Assembly (NCBI GenBank): GCA_943788915.1
Contig: CALSSD010000006.1
Coordinates: forward strand, 186,001-250,000
Source of the DNA: an uncultured Acidimicrobiales bacterium
GTDB lineage: Bacteria; Actinomycetota; Acidimicrobiia; Acidimicrobiales; UBA10347
DNA length: 64,000 nt
Reading direction: 5' to 3'
Of the stretch, positions 9,045 through 23,301 are shown in pieces; the first letter of the stretch is position 1, and each line of letters begins with the position of its first letter. The position numbers and the translations under genes are program-made. The notes beneath the pieces were generated by a model. The model did no database searches. It had not been told where the DNA came from and was given only the letters and a program-made list of their open reading frames with translations.

Positions 9045-10208
9045 ATGACCAGCGCGCGCCCTACTGATTCTGTGTACGACGAAACCCACGATCTGTTTCG
9101 TCAATCGTTTCGCTCATTTGTTGTGGCGGAGATGACGCCTCATGTCGAACAGTGGGAGAGTGACGGCATCATGGATCGCCAGGTGTATGCCAAGGCGGGC
9201 GAACATGGTTTCGTCGGTATGGCGATTCCCGAAGCGCACGGCGGCGGCGGAAGCGACGACTTCCGATTTAATGCGATTGTCGCCGACGAGCTGGCGGCTG
9301 CCAATATCGGTGGTGGTGGTCTCGGCCTCACGTTGCACAACGACATCACAACGCCGTACTTTGTCGAATACTGCAACACCGAGCAGGCCCAACGGTGGCT
9401 TCCGGGTATTGCCTGTGGCGAATTGATCACGGCGATCGCGATGACCGAACCGGGGACCGGTTCTGACCTGGCATCGGTGACAACCACTGCAGTTCGCGAC
9501 GGCGACGAGTACGTGTTGAACGGCGCGAAGACCTTCATCACGAACGGCATCAACTCCGACCTGGTCATCGTTGTTTGCAAGACGACGTCCGACGGCGGCC
9601 ATGGAGGCATGTCGCTCCTCGTCGTCGAGCGGGGGATGGCAGGTTTCGAGCGTGGTCGCAACCTCGACAAGGTCGGCCAGCACTCGGCCGACACGTCGGA
9701 GCTGTTCTTCAGCGATGTTCGGGTGCCGGTAGCGAACCTGTTGGGCGACGAAGGACGAGCGTTTGATTATCTCTCGTTCAACTTGGCACAAGAGCGGCTG
9801 TCGATCGGACTGTATGGTTTGTACGTGGCCCGTGCCGCTCTCGGCTGGACCACTGAATACGTCAAGGAGCGCACCGCGTTCGGCCAGCCGCTCGCCAAGT
9901 TCCAAAACACCAAGTTCGAACTGGCCCAGCTCGCCACCGAAATAGCGGTCAGCGGTCCATTCATGGATCAGTGTTTGATGAAACTGAACGACGGCGCGTT
10001 AACCCCGACAGACGCAGCGATGGCGAAGTTGTGGGGCACCCAATTGCAGAATCGCGTCACCGATCATTGCCTGCAATTGTTCGGGGGTTACGGCTTCATG
10101 AGCGAATACCCAATCTCTCGGGCGTGGGTCGATGCCCGAGTGTGCACCATTTATGGCGGCACGTCTGAGATCATGAAGACCATCATCTCGAAGGAAGTGC
10201 TCGCCTAG
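9045..10208 (+). CDS. Acyl-CoA dehydrogenase
   Basis: AIAMTEPGTGSDL, NGAKTFITNG, LQLFGGYGFMSEY, IYGGTSEIMK. Confidence 0.95.
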   Translation: MTSARPTDSVYDETHDLFRQSFRSFVVAEMTPHVEQWESDGIMDRQVYAKAGEHGFVGMAIPEAHGGGGSDDFRFNAIVADELAAANIGGGGLGLTLHNDITTPYFVEYCNTEQAQRWLPGIACGELITAIAMTEPGTGSDLASVTTTAVRDGDEYVLNGAKTFITNGINSDLVIVVCKTTSDGGHGGMSLLVVERGMAGFERGRNLDKVGQHSADTSELFFSDVRVPVANLLGDEGRAFDYLSFNLAQERLSIGLYGLYVARAALGWTTEYVKERTAFGQPLAKFQNTKFELAQLATEIAVSGPFMDQCLMKLNDGALTPTDAAMAKLWGTQLQNRVTDHCLQLFGGYGFMSEYPISRAWVDARVCTIYGGTSEIMKTIISKEVLA

Positions 10209-10239
10209 GCGACTCCTCCTCCACCACAAACGAGGATCT

Positions 10240-11109
10240 ATGAAGCTTGCAAACGTCGAAGGACGAGCCTGTGTCGTTACCGACCAAGGTGGTTTCGATG
10301 TCGCCACCGCGTCGTCGGGCCATTTCTCTTCGCTGGTAGACGATCTGATCCCACTGCTGGAGGAACTCAGCGCGTGGGCGGCAGCAGAACAGCCGCAACT
10401 AGATCCCGCATTGTCAACTGCGACGCTTCAGGAAGATCTCGGTCGGCTTGGCCCTCCGGTTACGCGACCTGTTCAGGTTTTTGCGATTGGTCTGAACTAT
10501 GCCGACCATGCTGATGAAACTGGCATGGAACTGCCGGAACAACCAATGGTGTTCACGAAGTGGACCTCATCACTTGCTGGCCCAGGTGCAGTGGTGTCGC
10601 TACCGGCTGACACCGTGGATTGGGAAGTGGAGCTCGTAGCGGTGATTGGGCACGGCGGCCGTGATATCGCTGCAGCAGACGCGTTCGCTCATATCGCTGG
10701 GTATTGCGTTGGCCAGGACATCAGCGAACGGCGGCTACAGATGGCGAGCATCCCGGCTCAGTTCAGCTTGGCGAAGAGCCTGCGGAACTTCTCGCCTGTG
10801 GGCCCGTGGCTGACGACATCTGACGAGGTGGGGGACCCAATGGATCTGGCCATCGGCTGCGAGCGCGATGGCGAAGTGCTGCAGCAGTCGCGAACCTCGA
10901 GCTTGATCTTCGATATTCCGACACTCGTCGAGTACCTGTCCGCCCGGGTGGAACTTCTGCCAGGCGACATGATTTTCACCGGCACACCAGACGGCGTTGG
11001 GGTTGGCCGCCGACCTCGAGTATTCATCGAAGCCGGATGGACGATCACGTCAGAGATCGAGGGGCTGGGCTATATGCGTACCACGTTCGTGGACGACGAC
11101 AAGGGTTAG
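10240..11109 (+). CDS. Fumarylacetoacetate hydrolase family protein
   Basis: IGLNYADHA, DWEVELVAVIG, GQDISER, GDMIFTGTPDGVG. Confidence 0.93.
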   Translation: MKLANVEGRACVVTDQGGFDVATASSGHFSSLVDDLIPLLEELSAWAAAEQPQLDPALSTATLQEDLGRLGPPVTRPVQVFAIGLNYADHADETGMELPEQPMVFTKWTSSLAGPGAVVSLPADTVDWEVELVAVIGHGGRDIAAADAFAHIAGYCVGQDISERRLQMASIPAQFSLAKSLRNFSPVGPWLTTSDEVGDPMDLAIGCERDGEVLQQSRTSSLIFDIPTLVEYLSARVELLPGDMIFTGTPDGVGVGRRPRVFIEAGWTITSEIEGLGYMRTTFVDDDKG

Positions 11110-11123
11110 CCGCAAAGGGTTAG
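11101..11123. repeat. Direct repeat AAGGGTTAG x2 containing the FAH stop codon
   Basis: 11101-11109 and 11115-11123, between convergent genes. Confidence 0.6.
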
Positions 11124-11813
11124 TTAGAACGCGAACCGCTCGAGAGGGTTGGCGGTGTTGCTGGTGGCTAACTGCGCATCAGTCAGGTCAATGACCAGGC
11201 CGTCCATGAAGAATTCCCATCGACGAGACTTATGCAGCCGAAAGTTATTGAGGCACTCCACCGTGTCAATAAGGATTGGCACACATTCGCCTCGGTAGTC
11301 ACCGGAGTAGTGAATCGAAGGCCCAATAACGTGTAGCGGGACACCCAAGAGGTGGTTGAGGATGCGTACAAGTGGCTTCTCGACTGCAGCAACCAACACT
11401 GTCGCATGCTGGTTCTGGAGCCCGAACCGCAAGAATTCCCGGCTTAGTAGTGCAAGTGCTCGATAGTGCGGCGTGTCGGTACCGACAGCGAGCCGTGATA
11501 TCTCGGCCACGCTGTTTTTGGCCGCCTGGAGCCTGCCGAGCATGTCGGGAAAGATTGGATGGTGCTCGAGCATTGGTAAACCAGCTGCGGCTCGCACTAT
11601 CCGAGCAGTGGCCTGAATCTCATCGTCGTGGTTGTAGAGCCCAAAGTAGGTGCTCAGCTCAATGGACGGGTCCGGGGCCAGCATCTTCGGTAATTCGACG
11701 AGTATTCCGCTCTCGAAGTACCGGTTGATTTGGAACAGGCGTAAGCGGTCGATCTCTGCGCGGTCGAAAACGACACGCGGAGCAAGTTCTGATAGGTCAG
11801 TGACCGTGTCCAT
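11124..11813 (-). CDS. GNAT-fold acyltransferase, FeeM/N-acyl amino acid synthase- or LuxI-like
   Basis: TYFGLY...ATARIV...GLPML, VAEISRLAV. GAGGGG RBS before ATG 11813. Confidence 0.6.
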   Translation of the reverse strand: MDTVTDLSELAPRVVFDRAEIDRLRLFQINRYFESGILVELPKMLAPDPSIELSTYFGLYNHDDEIQATARIVRAAAGLPMLEHHPIFPDMLGRLQAAKNSVAEISRLAVGTDTPHYRALALLSREFLRFGLQNQHATVLVAAVEKPLVRILNHLLGVPLHVIGPSIHYSGDYRGECVPILIDTVECLNNFRLHKSRRWEFFMDGLVIDLTDAQLATSNTANPLERFAF

Positions 11814-11981
11814 AGCGCCCCTCGGATTGGTGCTAGATGGGTCTGTAGGACCATAGTGTGGCACCAATCACGCCAAGAACAACAATAATCACCCAATGTG
11901 GGCAAAAAACATGCTCATAGTGAACATTTGAACACACAACTTGTGCGCTTCGGTTGCGACAGGAAATCACGTCCGGACGTG

Positions 11982-12708
11982 TCAGTCCCGCATTCCGTCC
12001 CTGGCGCTTCCGATCGAGGCAAGAAATCGCCCGACAGCGATGTCATCGAGTGGCTTGTCGTAGTCGAAATCATCACGGCAGGCGTCGAATACCGCACGAT
12101 CTATAGCAACGGTCTCGTCCCAAGCCGGACTCTGGCGTAGATCTTGATGTTCGTTCAGAATGCGGGCCTGAATAACCTTTGTGGTCTCGTTGCCAGGGAC
12201 CATGCGCACATAATCACGAACCATGTTCAGGTCAGAGTCGGCCGAGGCGACGATTACACAGTCGAGATCTTCGCGAGTACACATGACGAGCGCGTCGAGA
12301 GCAAGCCAGACGTCGATGCCCTTTTCTTGGCCCCGGTTCCGCGATTTGACCCGGGCTTTGGTGACCTCACCCTGGCTCTTTCGCGGGTCGCCGAGGTCGC
12401 GATCGCGTATGGTCCATTCCCAGTGATACCGGAGCGGCTTCTCCAGCACCACCACGTCGGTCGTGACCATGAGGTCATGACGTCGCCGTTCTCTTTCGTA
12501 GCGATCTGGGTCGAGTTCAGCCGATGGAATACCGGTCGCGTAACGAACCTCGACCAGTTCGTCGTCGCCGGCAAGCGCACGGGCGAGCAACAGCGGATGC
12601 ATGTTGCCGTGCCCGAACGCATAACGAGCGCCGATCGTGACGTTCTGGCCGTCGATAAAGACTCCTACTCGCAGGTCAGTGGCTCCCGAGTCGCTGGCCG
12701 AGGATCAT
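11982..12708 (-). CDS. NYN-domain (PIN-like/LabA/DUF88) protein; start anomalous
   Basis: The frame extends upstream of the called ATG 12602 to LRVGVFIDGQNV. Also QEKGIDVWLALD and VIVASADSDL. An in-frame TGA lies at 12705-12707 with no ATG/GTG/TTG before the first motif. Confidence 0.8.
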
Positions 12709-12999
12709 CTTGCCGGCCTAGCCCTTGCGCAGCTCTCCGGCCACGGTCCATTGGCGTCTCCGCCGAGAGCGCCTGCGAGTTCTTCGATCATGGGTGGCAT
12801 GTCAGGACTAATTCTTCTCGTAGGAGAGGCGTCTGCGAGCGTACACAACAGTGGCGCCCGTTTTCCTGATAGCCACGAACCAGCAGCGCCTCCAGGTGGT
12901 TTCGATCGGAACAGCGTTTCGGAGCGGAACAGTCGATAGGAACGGGTCAACAGCGTTGTTTGGCAATAGGGCTGCGTTGCCCGGCCCTAAGGTACGAGG

Positions 13000-16237
<3,238 letters not shown>

Positions 16238-16238
<1 letters not shown>

Positions 16239-19200
16239 TGGCGTCGGTTTCTCTGCCGATCGACACCACACAAATTTTGGCACCTGATCTCGTCGAGATC
16301 AACCGGCTTCCAGCTCGTGCACCCCTGATGGGTTACGACTCTGCCGACGAGGCCAGGAACGGCAGTGAAACCCCATGGAGACTCTCACTCGATGGCCGAT
16401 GGCATTTCCGGCTACTCGATAGCCCAGAACATCTACCGCCAACCTGGCCCGCACAATCCACCACACTCGCTCGGGCATGGAACTCAGTCGACGTGCCAGG
16501 CTGCTGGACTCGCCAGCGAGTCGGTGATTTGCCGCACTACACCAACATCATCATGCCGTGGCCGGGGCTCGACGCTCCGGCAACACCCAAACTGAATCCG
16601 ACTGGGCTGTATCACCGTTCCGTCGAAGTCCCCGAGGCCTGGCTCGATCGCACCGTAGTCCTGCACCTGGGCGGTTTCGAGAGTGTGGCCATGGTGTGGT
16701 GCAACGGCGACTTCATCGGTATGGGGAAAGACAGTCGATTGCCGTCGGAGTTCGACGTCACCGGTTCGCTAGTCGCTGGCCGGAACACGATCGACATCAT
16801 GGTGATTCGTTACAGCGACGCCACCTGGATCGAAGATCAGGATCACTGGTGGCATGCCGGGTTACATCGCAGCGTGTTTCTTGAAGCCCGTGCCCTGGCT
16901 CGGATCGACGATGTAGCCACCCAAGCTGACTACGACGCCGAGACCGGACTCGGTGCTCTCCACATCGAGGCTCACGCGTGTGGTGGCGACGACTATTGGG
17001 TCCATGCCACCTTGTTCGATGGCGATGATCAGTTGGCGACGGCTATCTCGGCCGTGCCAACGGTGCCGTCAGGTGAACCACTCGATCAACTGATCGCTGC
17101 CTACTCGTACAACGGGCGTGTCGCCTCGCTCGACCTTGACGGCGTCGCTATCGAGCCGTGGACCGCAGAAACCCCCCGGCTCTATCGCGTCGTTGTCGCA
17201 CTGGTGGATCGCTTCGATAGGGCGTTGCATGCCACCGCTCTCACCGTCGGCTTCCGACGGGTCGAAGTGCGAGACCGCCGATTCCTGGTGAACGGCAGGC
17301 CGGTCGTGCTGCTGGGTGTGAACCGACACGACCACCATCCGGTCACCGGCAAGGTCCAGACGCTCGAGGATTTGCGCGAAGACCTACTCGGCATGAAGCG
17401 TCACAATATGAACGCGGTGCGGTGCGCCCACTACCCAAACGATCACCGGTTGCTCGATTTGTGCGACGAGCTGGGTATGTACGTCATCGACGAAGCGAAC
17501 ATCGAGAGCCATGGGCGGCTTCGTTCAGTGGCCGACGACACCCGTTACTTAGGGGCCTTCATCGATCGGGTCAAACGTATGGTGCTGCGCGACCGCAATC
17601 ACGCATGTGTGATCATGTGGTCCTTGGGTAACGAGTCGGGTCACGGCGCAGCGCACGACGCAAGTGCTGCCTGGGTGCGAGCGGTCGATAGCACCAGGCC
17701 ACTGCACTACGAGGGGGCGATCCAACGCCGCTTCGACGTGAACACCCGGGATAGCTCAAGAATGCTCCAGACCCCGAGTGCTCGTGAGCGTCTGGTCACC
17801 GATGTCGTATGCCCCATGTACACACCGATCGACGACATCGTGGCTTGGGCACAGTGGGCCGAAGACAGCGGCGACGATGACCGACCACTGATCATGTGCG
17901 AATACAGCCATGCCATGGGCAATTCGAACGGCTCGGTAGCCGACTACGCCCAAGTATTCTTCGACGAGCCTGCGTTGGCCGGTGGCTTCATCTGGGATTG
18001 GCGCGATCAGGGTTTGCACGAAGTCGACGACCAAGGACGCGCCTACTGGGCTTACGGTGGCCATTTCGGCGACGAGCCCAACGATGCCAACTTTTGCATT
18101 AACGGCCTCGTCGGTCCCGATGGTGAACCACATCCCGGGTTGACCGAGGTTGCCTGGGCCTACCGCCCGGTCACGGTCACGCCGGTGCGTGGTCGCCGAG
18201 TGCGTGTGAGTAACCGCCGAGCCTTCGCATCGCTCGAGGATCTCGCTGCGAGTTGGACGTTGCTGATTGACGGTCACGCTGTCGAGAGCGCTGCCCTTGA
18301 TGTCGACGTCGCTGCCGGCGACTCCACCGTTCTATCGATCCCGACCACGACTGAGCTTGCGGAGAATCAAGACGCACGACTGCACGTGCTGTGGCACCAA
18401 CGGGCAGACACACCGTGGGTCGACGCCGGGCACCTGGTGGCCTGGGACGACATCCCATTGCGGACCGTCGAGAACACGGCGGTCACACCCCAGGTCGAGC
18501 GCTCCACGCTTCTCACAGGTGGCGGCACCATCCGTGTGGGCGAAACGTCGCTGTCATGGGATGCCATGGGAACCATTGCACTCGTCGTCGATGGAATCGA
18601 CGTTGGTCTCACCGACTTCTCGCCAAGCCTGTGGCGGGCACCAACCGACAACGACGGTGTGCGGCATGGTTGGATGAGCGAGGTGTCCGGTGTGCGACCA
18701 CAGTGGGTTGGTTGGGGCCTAGACACGCTCGCTGTCGAGGTGCAAGACATCACACGAGGCGAGACGACTGATGGCGCAAGTGTCATCAGCTTCACCCGTT
18801 CCATCACCGGTGACGACGCTGCCGCACTGGCGACGAGCCAGTTCGTCATCGACCACGAAGCGGTCGTGCTCCACGAGATTGTCGAAGTCCCAGTCGCGTG
18901 GACGGATCTACCGCGAGTGGGCACCCGCTTCGAGGTCTCACCACGATTCGATCGCCTGGCCTGGTTCGGTCGTGGTCCTCACGAGACCTATCCCGATCGT
19001 AAGGCCTCGGGTCGTACCGGCATCTGGGAAAGCCTGGTAGCAGATCAGTACCACGCTTTTGTTGTGCCCCAAGAACATGGCGCCCACGCCGACACCCGAT
19101 GGTTCACATTGACCGACCACCATGGCAATGGCCTCCGGGTGAGCGGTCATGTGCCGATGTCGTTCAGCGCCCGTTTCGAACATGACACGACACTGGCGGC

Positions 19201-19375
19201 CGCATCGACCATCGCCGACGTGGAACAATCTGACACCATCGAAGTTCATGTCGATGCTGGCGTCCGCGGGCTCGGCACCGCAGCATGTGGTCCGGACTGT
19301 CTGCCCGAATACCGGCTCGGATCAGGCACGTATCAGCGGACTACCACCTTCCAAGCAGAACGGCCCCATTTATGA
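16238..19375 (+). CDS. lacZ: Glycoside hydrolase family 2, LacZ-type beta-galactosidase
   Basis: [72 protein letters not shown]. Confidence 0.9.
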
Positions 19376-19824
19376 CTGATTACGCAGAGCTTGCTGGCCA
19401 CGACGGTGCGCGGGCGCGTTTCCACTTGGCCGTTCCTGTCAATGATCTTGCGGCTGCCGCTGATTTCTATGGCAACACACTCGGGTGTGAACGGGGCCGA
19501 GAAGCTGAACAATGGATCGACTGGAATTTGGGCGGCCATCAACTGGTCACACATGTCGTCGAAGGATGGACCGGTGTTGCCGGCACCAATCCGGTCGACG
19601 GCAACGACGTCCCGGTGCCCCATTTTGGTGTGCTCATGACGCCAGATGCGTTTGCCACTTTTGCCCGCCGGCTGCAATCAGCAAATGTTGACTTCGTGAT
19701 CGAACCAACCGTGCGGTTCGCAGGCCAGGTGGGCGAGCAGCACACCATGTTCTTCCTCGACCCGTCAGGCAACGCGCTCGAGTTCAAGGCCTTCGCCGAC
19801 GACACCCAGGTGTTCGCCCGCTAG
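19372..19824 (+). CDS. VOC/glyoxalase family protein
   Basis: [43 protein letters not shown] overlap with lacZ. Confidence 0.9.
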   Translation: MTDYAELAGHDGARARFHLAVPVNDLAAAADFYGNTLGCERGREAEQWIDWNLGGHQLVTHVVEGWTGVAGTNPVDGNDVPVPHFGVLMTPDAFATFARRLQSANVDFVIEPTVRFAGQVGEQHTMFFLDPSGNALEFKAFADDTQVFAR

Positions 19825-19841
19825 CGGGAACTTCCTCGACC

Positions 19842-20459
19842 GTGCTCGTTCTCGTTGGGATCCTGGCCGTGTCGGCGTTCGTCGTCGGTTATCTGATCTG
19901 GTCAGATGGTGGTTTTGTCGCCCAACCTGAACCGGTTGAGATCGTGCACACAATCCCGGGTTTCTCGCTGCGGTTGCCACAAGTGGCCGATGTCCCTGCC
20001 TTTCTCAGCATCGCAGGTGAGCCAGAGGCAATGAAGCACCATGGATGGGATACTGCGATGCTTGAATCGTTCGGACATGAGCAGCGTTCGTTAACCCTCG
20101 ATGCGCTGCAAAAATCGACGATGGTGGCCGAAGCCGATTCTGGCGAAGTCGCCGGATTTACCTGGTGGGGCAGCCGCGCAGGGGACCCGAACCAGATCTC
20201 CATCGGGCTGCACATCGGGCAGATTTACGCCGGCCAGGGCGTGGGCACTGGTCTACTGCGTGCAGCAATTCTGGTCGTGCAAGGCGCAGATCTCGAGGCG
20301 TGGGTCCGCACAGCAACGACAAATCTTGCAGTGCAAAAGATCATGGAACGATTGGGCTTCTCGCCCGAAGCCGGCATCGAGCCTCACGAAGCACCGAACG
20401 GCGAAACGTCCGACTCGCTCTGGTACAAGGTCGGGCTGGGCGCACGGGCGCCCCGGTAG
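19842..20459 (+). CDS. GNAT (RimJ/RimL-like) acetyltransferase with N-terminal membrane anchor
   Basis: Hydrophobic N-terminus, YAGQGVGTGLL, N...QKIMERLGF. Confidence 0.75.
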   Translation: MLVLVGILAVSAFVVGYLIWSDGGFVAQPEPVEIVHTIPGFSLRLPQVADVPAFLSIAGEPEAMKHHGWDTAMLESFGHEQRSLTLDALQKSTMVAEADSGEVAGFTWWGSRAGDPNQISIGLHIGQIYAGQGVGTGLLRAAILVVQGADLEAWVRTATTNLAVQKIMERLGFSPEAGIEPHEAPNGETSDSLWYKVGLGARAPR

Positions 20460-20574
20460 ACACTCCGCCACCAGATTACGTGCGCACAGAGCGCGCCAGG
20501 CCGGAGCGGGCCCCAGACGCAAATAGGGGCGAAGTACCCCTGCGCCGAGGCCCAACATGGGTCATAGTCGCATC

Positions 20575-22338
20575 ATGGACATCGAGCGCCAAGTGCAGGA
20601 TCTCACCGAACGTGTGGCCATCTTGGAGGCGGCACTCCTTACGAGGGCTTCGGTCGCGCCCCATCTTGCACCACCACCACCGCCTGGTGCAGTCCCGACT
20701 GGTGCGCCGCCCCCATTTTCCTCAGCACCGCCCGGGCCACCAACTGGGCCACAGGTCTCCGCTCTTTCGGCGAACCCATTTGAGTGGGGGATCGAGTCAG
20801 TCCTGCGGTGGGCGGGCGTGGCTCTGGTGACGCTCGCTGGCATCTTCCTGGTCAGTACGGCAGTGACCCGAGGCTGGATCGGTCCGGAATTGCAGTTGCT
20901 GGGAGCCGCACTCGGCGGCGCCATCTTGCTCGGTGCAGCAGTTCGACTTGCCGACGTTCGCAGGCCTTGGGCACTGGCACTCGGATGTGGCGGCTCGACC
21001 GTGTTGATTGCTAGTGCCCTGGCCACCCACGAGTGGCTCGATGTTGTAGGGCCTGGGCCGGCGATTGCGCTCGCGGTGCTTGCAGTTCTTTGTTCGGTCG
21101 CGGTCGCACTCCACACCCGGCTCGAAGGTGTCGCCCTCGTTGCTGGCGTCGTTGGCATGATTGCCCCGTTCGACACGTTGGACACCTTCGGTGACGAAGC
21201 GATCTTGAGCTGGGTCGCTGCATTTGTCCTGGGTTCATCAGCGATCGGTTTGTCCTACCGTTGGCCGGGTTTGCGGCTCATCACTGGATGGCTCGGAGCG
21301 TTCGTTCTTATGGTCTATGCCCTGAATGAAGATGCCTACGGGCTGCTTCGATCGATGGGGTTCGTTGGCACCGCGGTGATCGGCACGACTCTTTGGCTGG
21401 CGCCTACGGTGGCCGAACGGCTTGGCACGTCGACGGGATCTGGCAACTGGGGCTCATTCGACTGGACACCGGTGGACTACCGACTCGTCGCCCTCGTCCC
21501 TGCCTGGGTGTGGTTGGTGCTTGCCGGCTTGATCTCATTCGCAGAGGATTCAGATGCTGGCATCATCGCGGTGGTTGTTGCTGGTGCGTTCATGGGAGTC
21601 GCTGAACTCACGTTTAGTCGAGTTTCTCGGGTGGTGTCGTTGGCCACGCTGCTTGGGTCGTTTGTGCTGCTAGCTGTGGGACTCGCCATCTACTTCGATG
21701 GGCCGGCGCTGATGGTTGCACTTGCGGGTCAAGCGGCCACGTCGTACTTCCTGAGCCGCAAGCTCGATGATCTGCCCATCCTGATAACCAGTTATCTCGC
21801 CGGTGCCGCATCGTCGATGCTCGCGATTGTGTCTCTGTCGGAGGCCATAGACCGAGATGGGTTCATCACCTTTGGACAGGGACTAGCGACCGCACTGGTT
21901 GTCTTGTGCTGGGTCGGTGCAGCACTCGGTGTGCATCATCACCGTCTGCAGAACGTCACCTTTGATGTGCCGTTCGTCGGCGCCTGGATCGGCGTGATGA
22001 TGTGGTTCGCAGCAGCACTTACGGGTGCACCCCAGGGGCTCATGTTGATTTCGGCCGCGTGGACGGTCATGGCTTGTGCCGGTCTCGTCGTGGGGTTGAG
22101 CCAACGTTTCGCGGTGGTGAAGAACGTCGCACTCGGCACATTGGGATTGACGCTCGCCAAACTTGTGACCGTGGATTTGGCCGAGGTCGACGTCTTCTGG
22201 CGGGTGGGCCTGTTCTTTGCCATCGGCATTGGGCTCATCACGCTCGGCCTCAAGGTGCCAAGCCTGGTTGCTCCCGAGGCAGCGGCAGAAGACATGAGCG
22301 ATGGCGGACCAACGCAGGAGTCGGCAACGACGTTCTGA
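20575..22338 (+). CDS. DUF2339-like polytopic membrane protein
   Basis: Short coiled coil, Pro-rich linker, many TM segments, GWIGP, KLVTVDL....VFWRVGLF. Confidence 0.8.
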   Translation: MDIERQVQDLTERVAILEAALLTRASVAPHLAPPPPPGAVPTGAPPPFSSAPPGPPTGPQVSALSANPFEWGIESVLRWAGVALVTLAGIFLVSTAVTRGWIGPELQLLGAALGGAILLGAAVRLADVRRPWALALGCGGSTVLIASALATHEWLDVVGPGPAIALAVLAVLCSVAVALHTRLEGVALVAGVVGMIAPFDTLDTFGDEAILSWVAAFVLGSSAIGLSYRWPGLRLITGWLGAFVLMVYALNEDAYGLLRSMGFVGTAVIGTTLWLAPTVAERLGTSTGSGNWGSFDWTPVDYRLVALVPAWVWLVLAGLISFAEDSDAGIIAVVVAGAFMGVAELTFSRVSRVVSLATLLGSFVLLAVGLAIYFDGPALMVALAGQAATSYFLSRKLDDLPILITSYLAGAASSMLAIVSLSEAIDRDGFITFGQGLATALVVLCWVGAALGVHHHRLQNVTFDVPFVGAWIGVMMWFAAALTGAPQGLMLISAAWTVMACAGLVVGLSQRFAVVKNVALGTLGLTLAKLVTVDLAEVDVFWRVGLFFAIGIGLITLGLKVPSLVAPEAAAEDMSDGGPTQESATTF

Positions 22339-22362
22339 GTCTGCTGATGATGAGTTGGACCG

Positions 22363-23301
22363 CTACAGATCGGCGGTTGCTGGAAGGACGTTTGCGCCGA
22401 TTTCGCTGACGTGGTCGAGGTCAGCGAGATCCAGAATCTGCAGGTAAACCCGCTGGATACCTGCAGCGGCGAATTCTGCGAGCTTCGCGGTCGCCTCGTC
22501 GTAGGTGCCAGCTAGGCCGTTCTCGCGAAGTTCGTCGACGTCGCGGCCGATCGCAGCGGCTCGTCGTTCGATGTCGGCTTCGGTCGCACCGACACAGGCA
22601 ACGAGGGCTGCCGACTTCACGACCGTGCTCGGGTCCCGGTCGATGGCTTCGCATGCCGCATCGACGCGAGCAAGCGTCTCGGGAATGTCAGCAAGAGCCA
22701 TAAACGGCACGTTGAAGTCCGAGGCATATGTGGCGACCAAGCGGGGAGTGCGGGTCTTGCCTCGGCCGCCAATGACGACTGGCGGGCCAGGTCGTTGGGC
22801 AGGCTTGGGGAGTGCTGGAGACTCGGTGAAGGTATGGAATTGCCCGTCATGGTTGTAGGTCTCGCCATCGGGCGTGGACCACAGACCCACGATCTGTTCC
22901 AGGTACTCCTCGTAACGGTCGAATCGTTCACCCATCTCGGGGAAGTCCAAGCCGTAGGCGCCGTGTTCGGCTTCGTACCAGCCGGCTCCGAAGCCGAAGT
23001 CGATCCGGCCACCACTCATCTGATCGACCTGGGCGACGGCGATTGCGAGTGGTCCAGGTTGATAGAAGGTAGCCGGGCTCACGAGTGTGCCAAGACGAAT
23101 GGTGGACGTGTCACGTGCCAGACCAGCGAGTGTGATCCAGGCATGTGTGGGTCCGGGAAGGCCTGAGCCGTCGCCCATCACGAGGTAGTGGTCGCTGCGC
23201 ATGAAGCCGGTAAAACCTGCCGACTCGCTGGCCAGAGCGACAGCCAAGAGATCGTCGTAGCTAGCGCCTTGTTGGGGTTCAGTAAACGTCCGTAGTTCCA
23301 C
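22363..23301 (-). CDS. LLM-class probable F420-dependent oxidoreductase
   Basis: FTEPQQGASY, RSDHY, IRLGTLVS, VDQMSGGR, GAGWYEAEH. Confidence 0.92.
   Translation of the reverse strand: MELRTFTEPQQGASYDDLLAVALASESAGFTGFMRSDHYLVMGDGSGLPGPTHAWITLAGLARDTSTIRLGTLVSPATFYQPGPLAIAVAQVDQMSGGRIDFGFGAGWYEAEHGAYGLDFPEMGERFDRYEEYLEQIVGLWSTPDGETYNHDGQFHTFTESPALPKPAQRPGPPVVIGGRGKTRTPRLVATYASDFNVPFMALADIPETLARVDAACEAIDRDPSTVVKSAALVACVGATEADIERRAAAIGRDVDELRENGLAGTYDEATAKLAEFAAAGIQRVYLQILDLADLDHVSEIGANVLPATADL

Noticed and set aside
12705..12707. A third selenocysteine codon, in the NYN gene
   Set aside because: No redox motif and no convincing downstream hairpin. A one-base indel explains it more simply.
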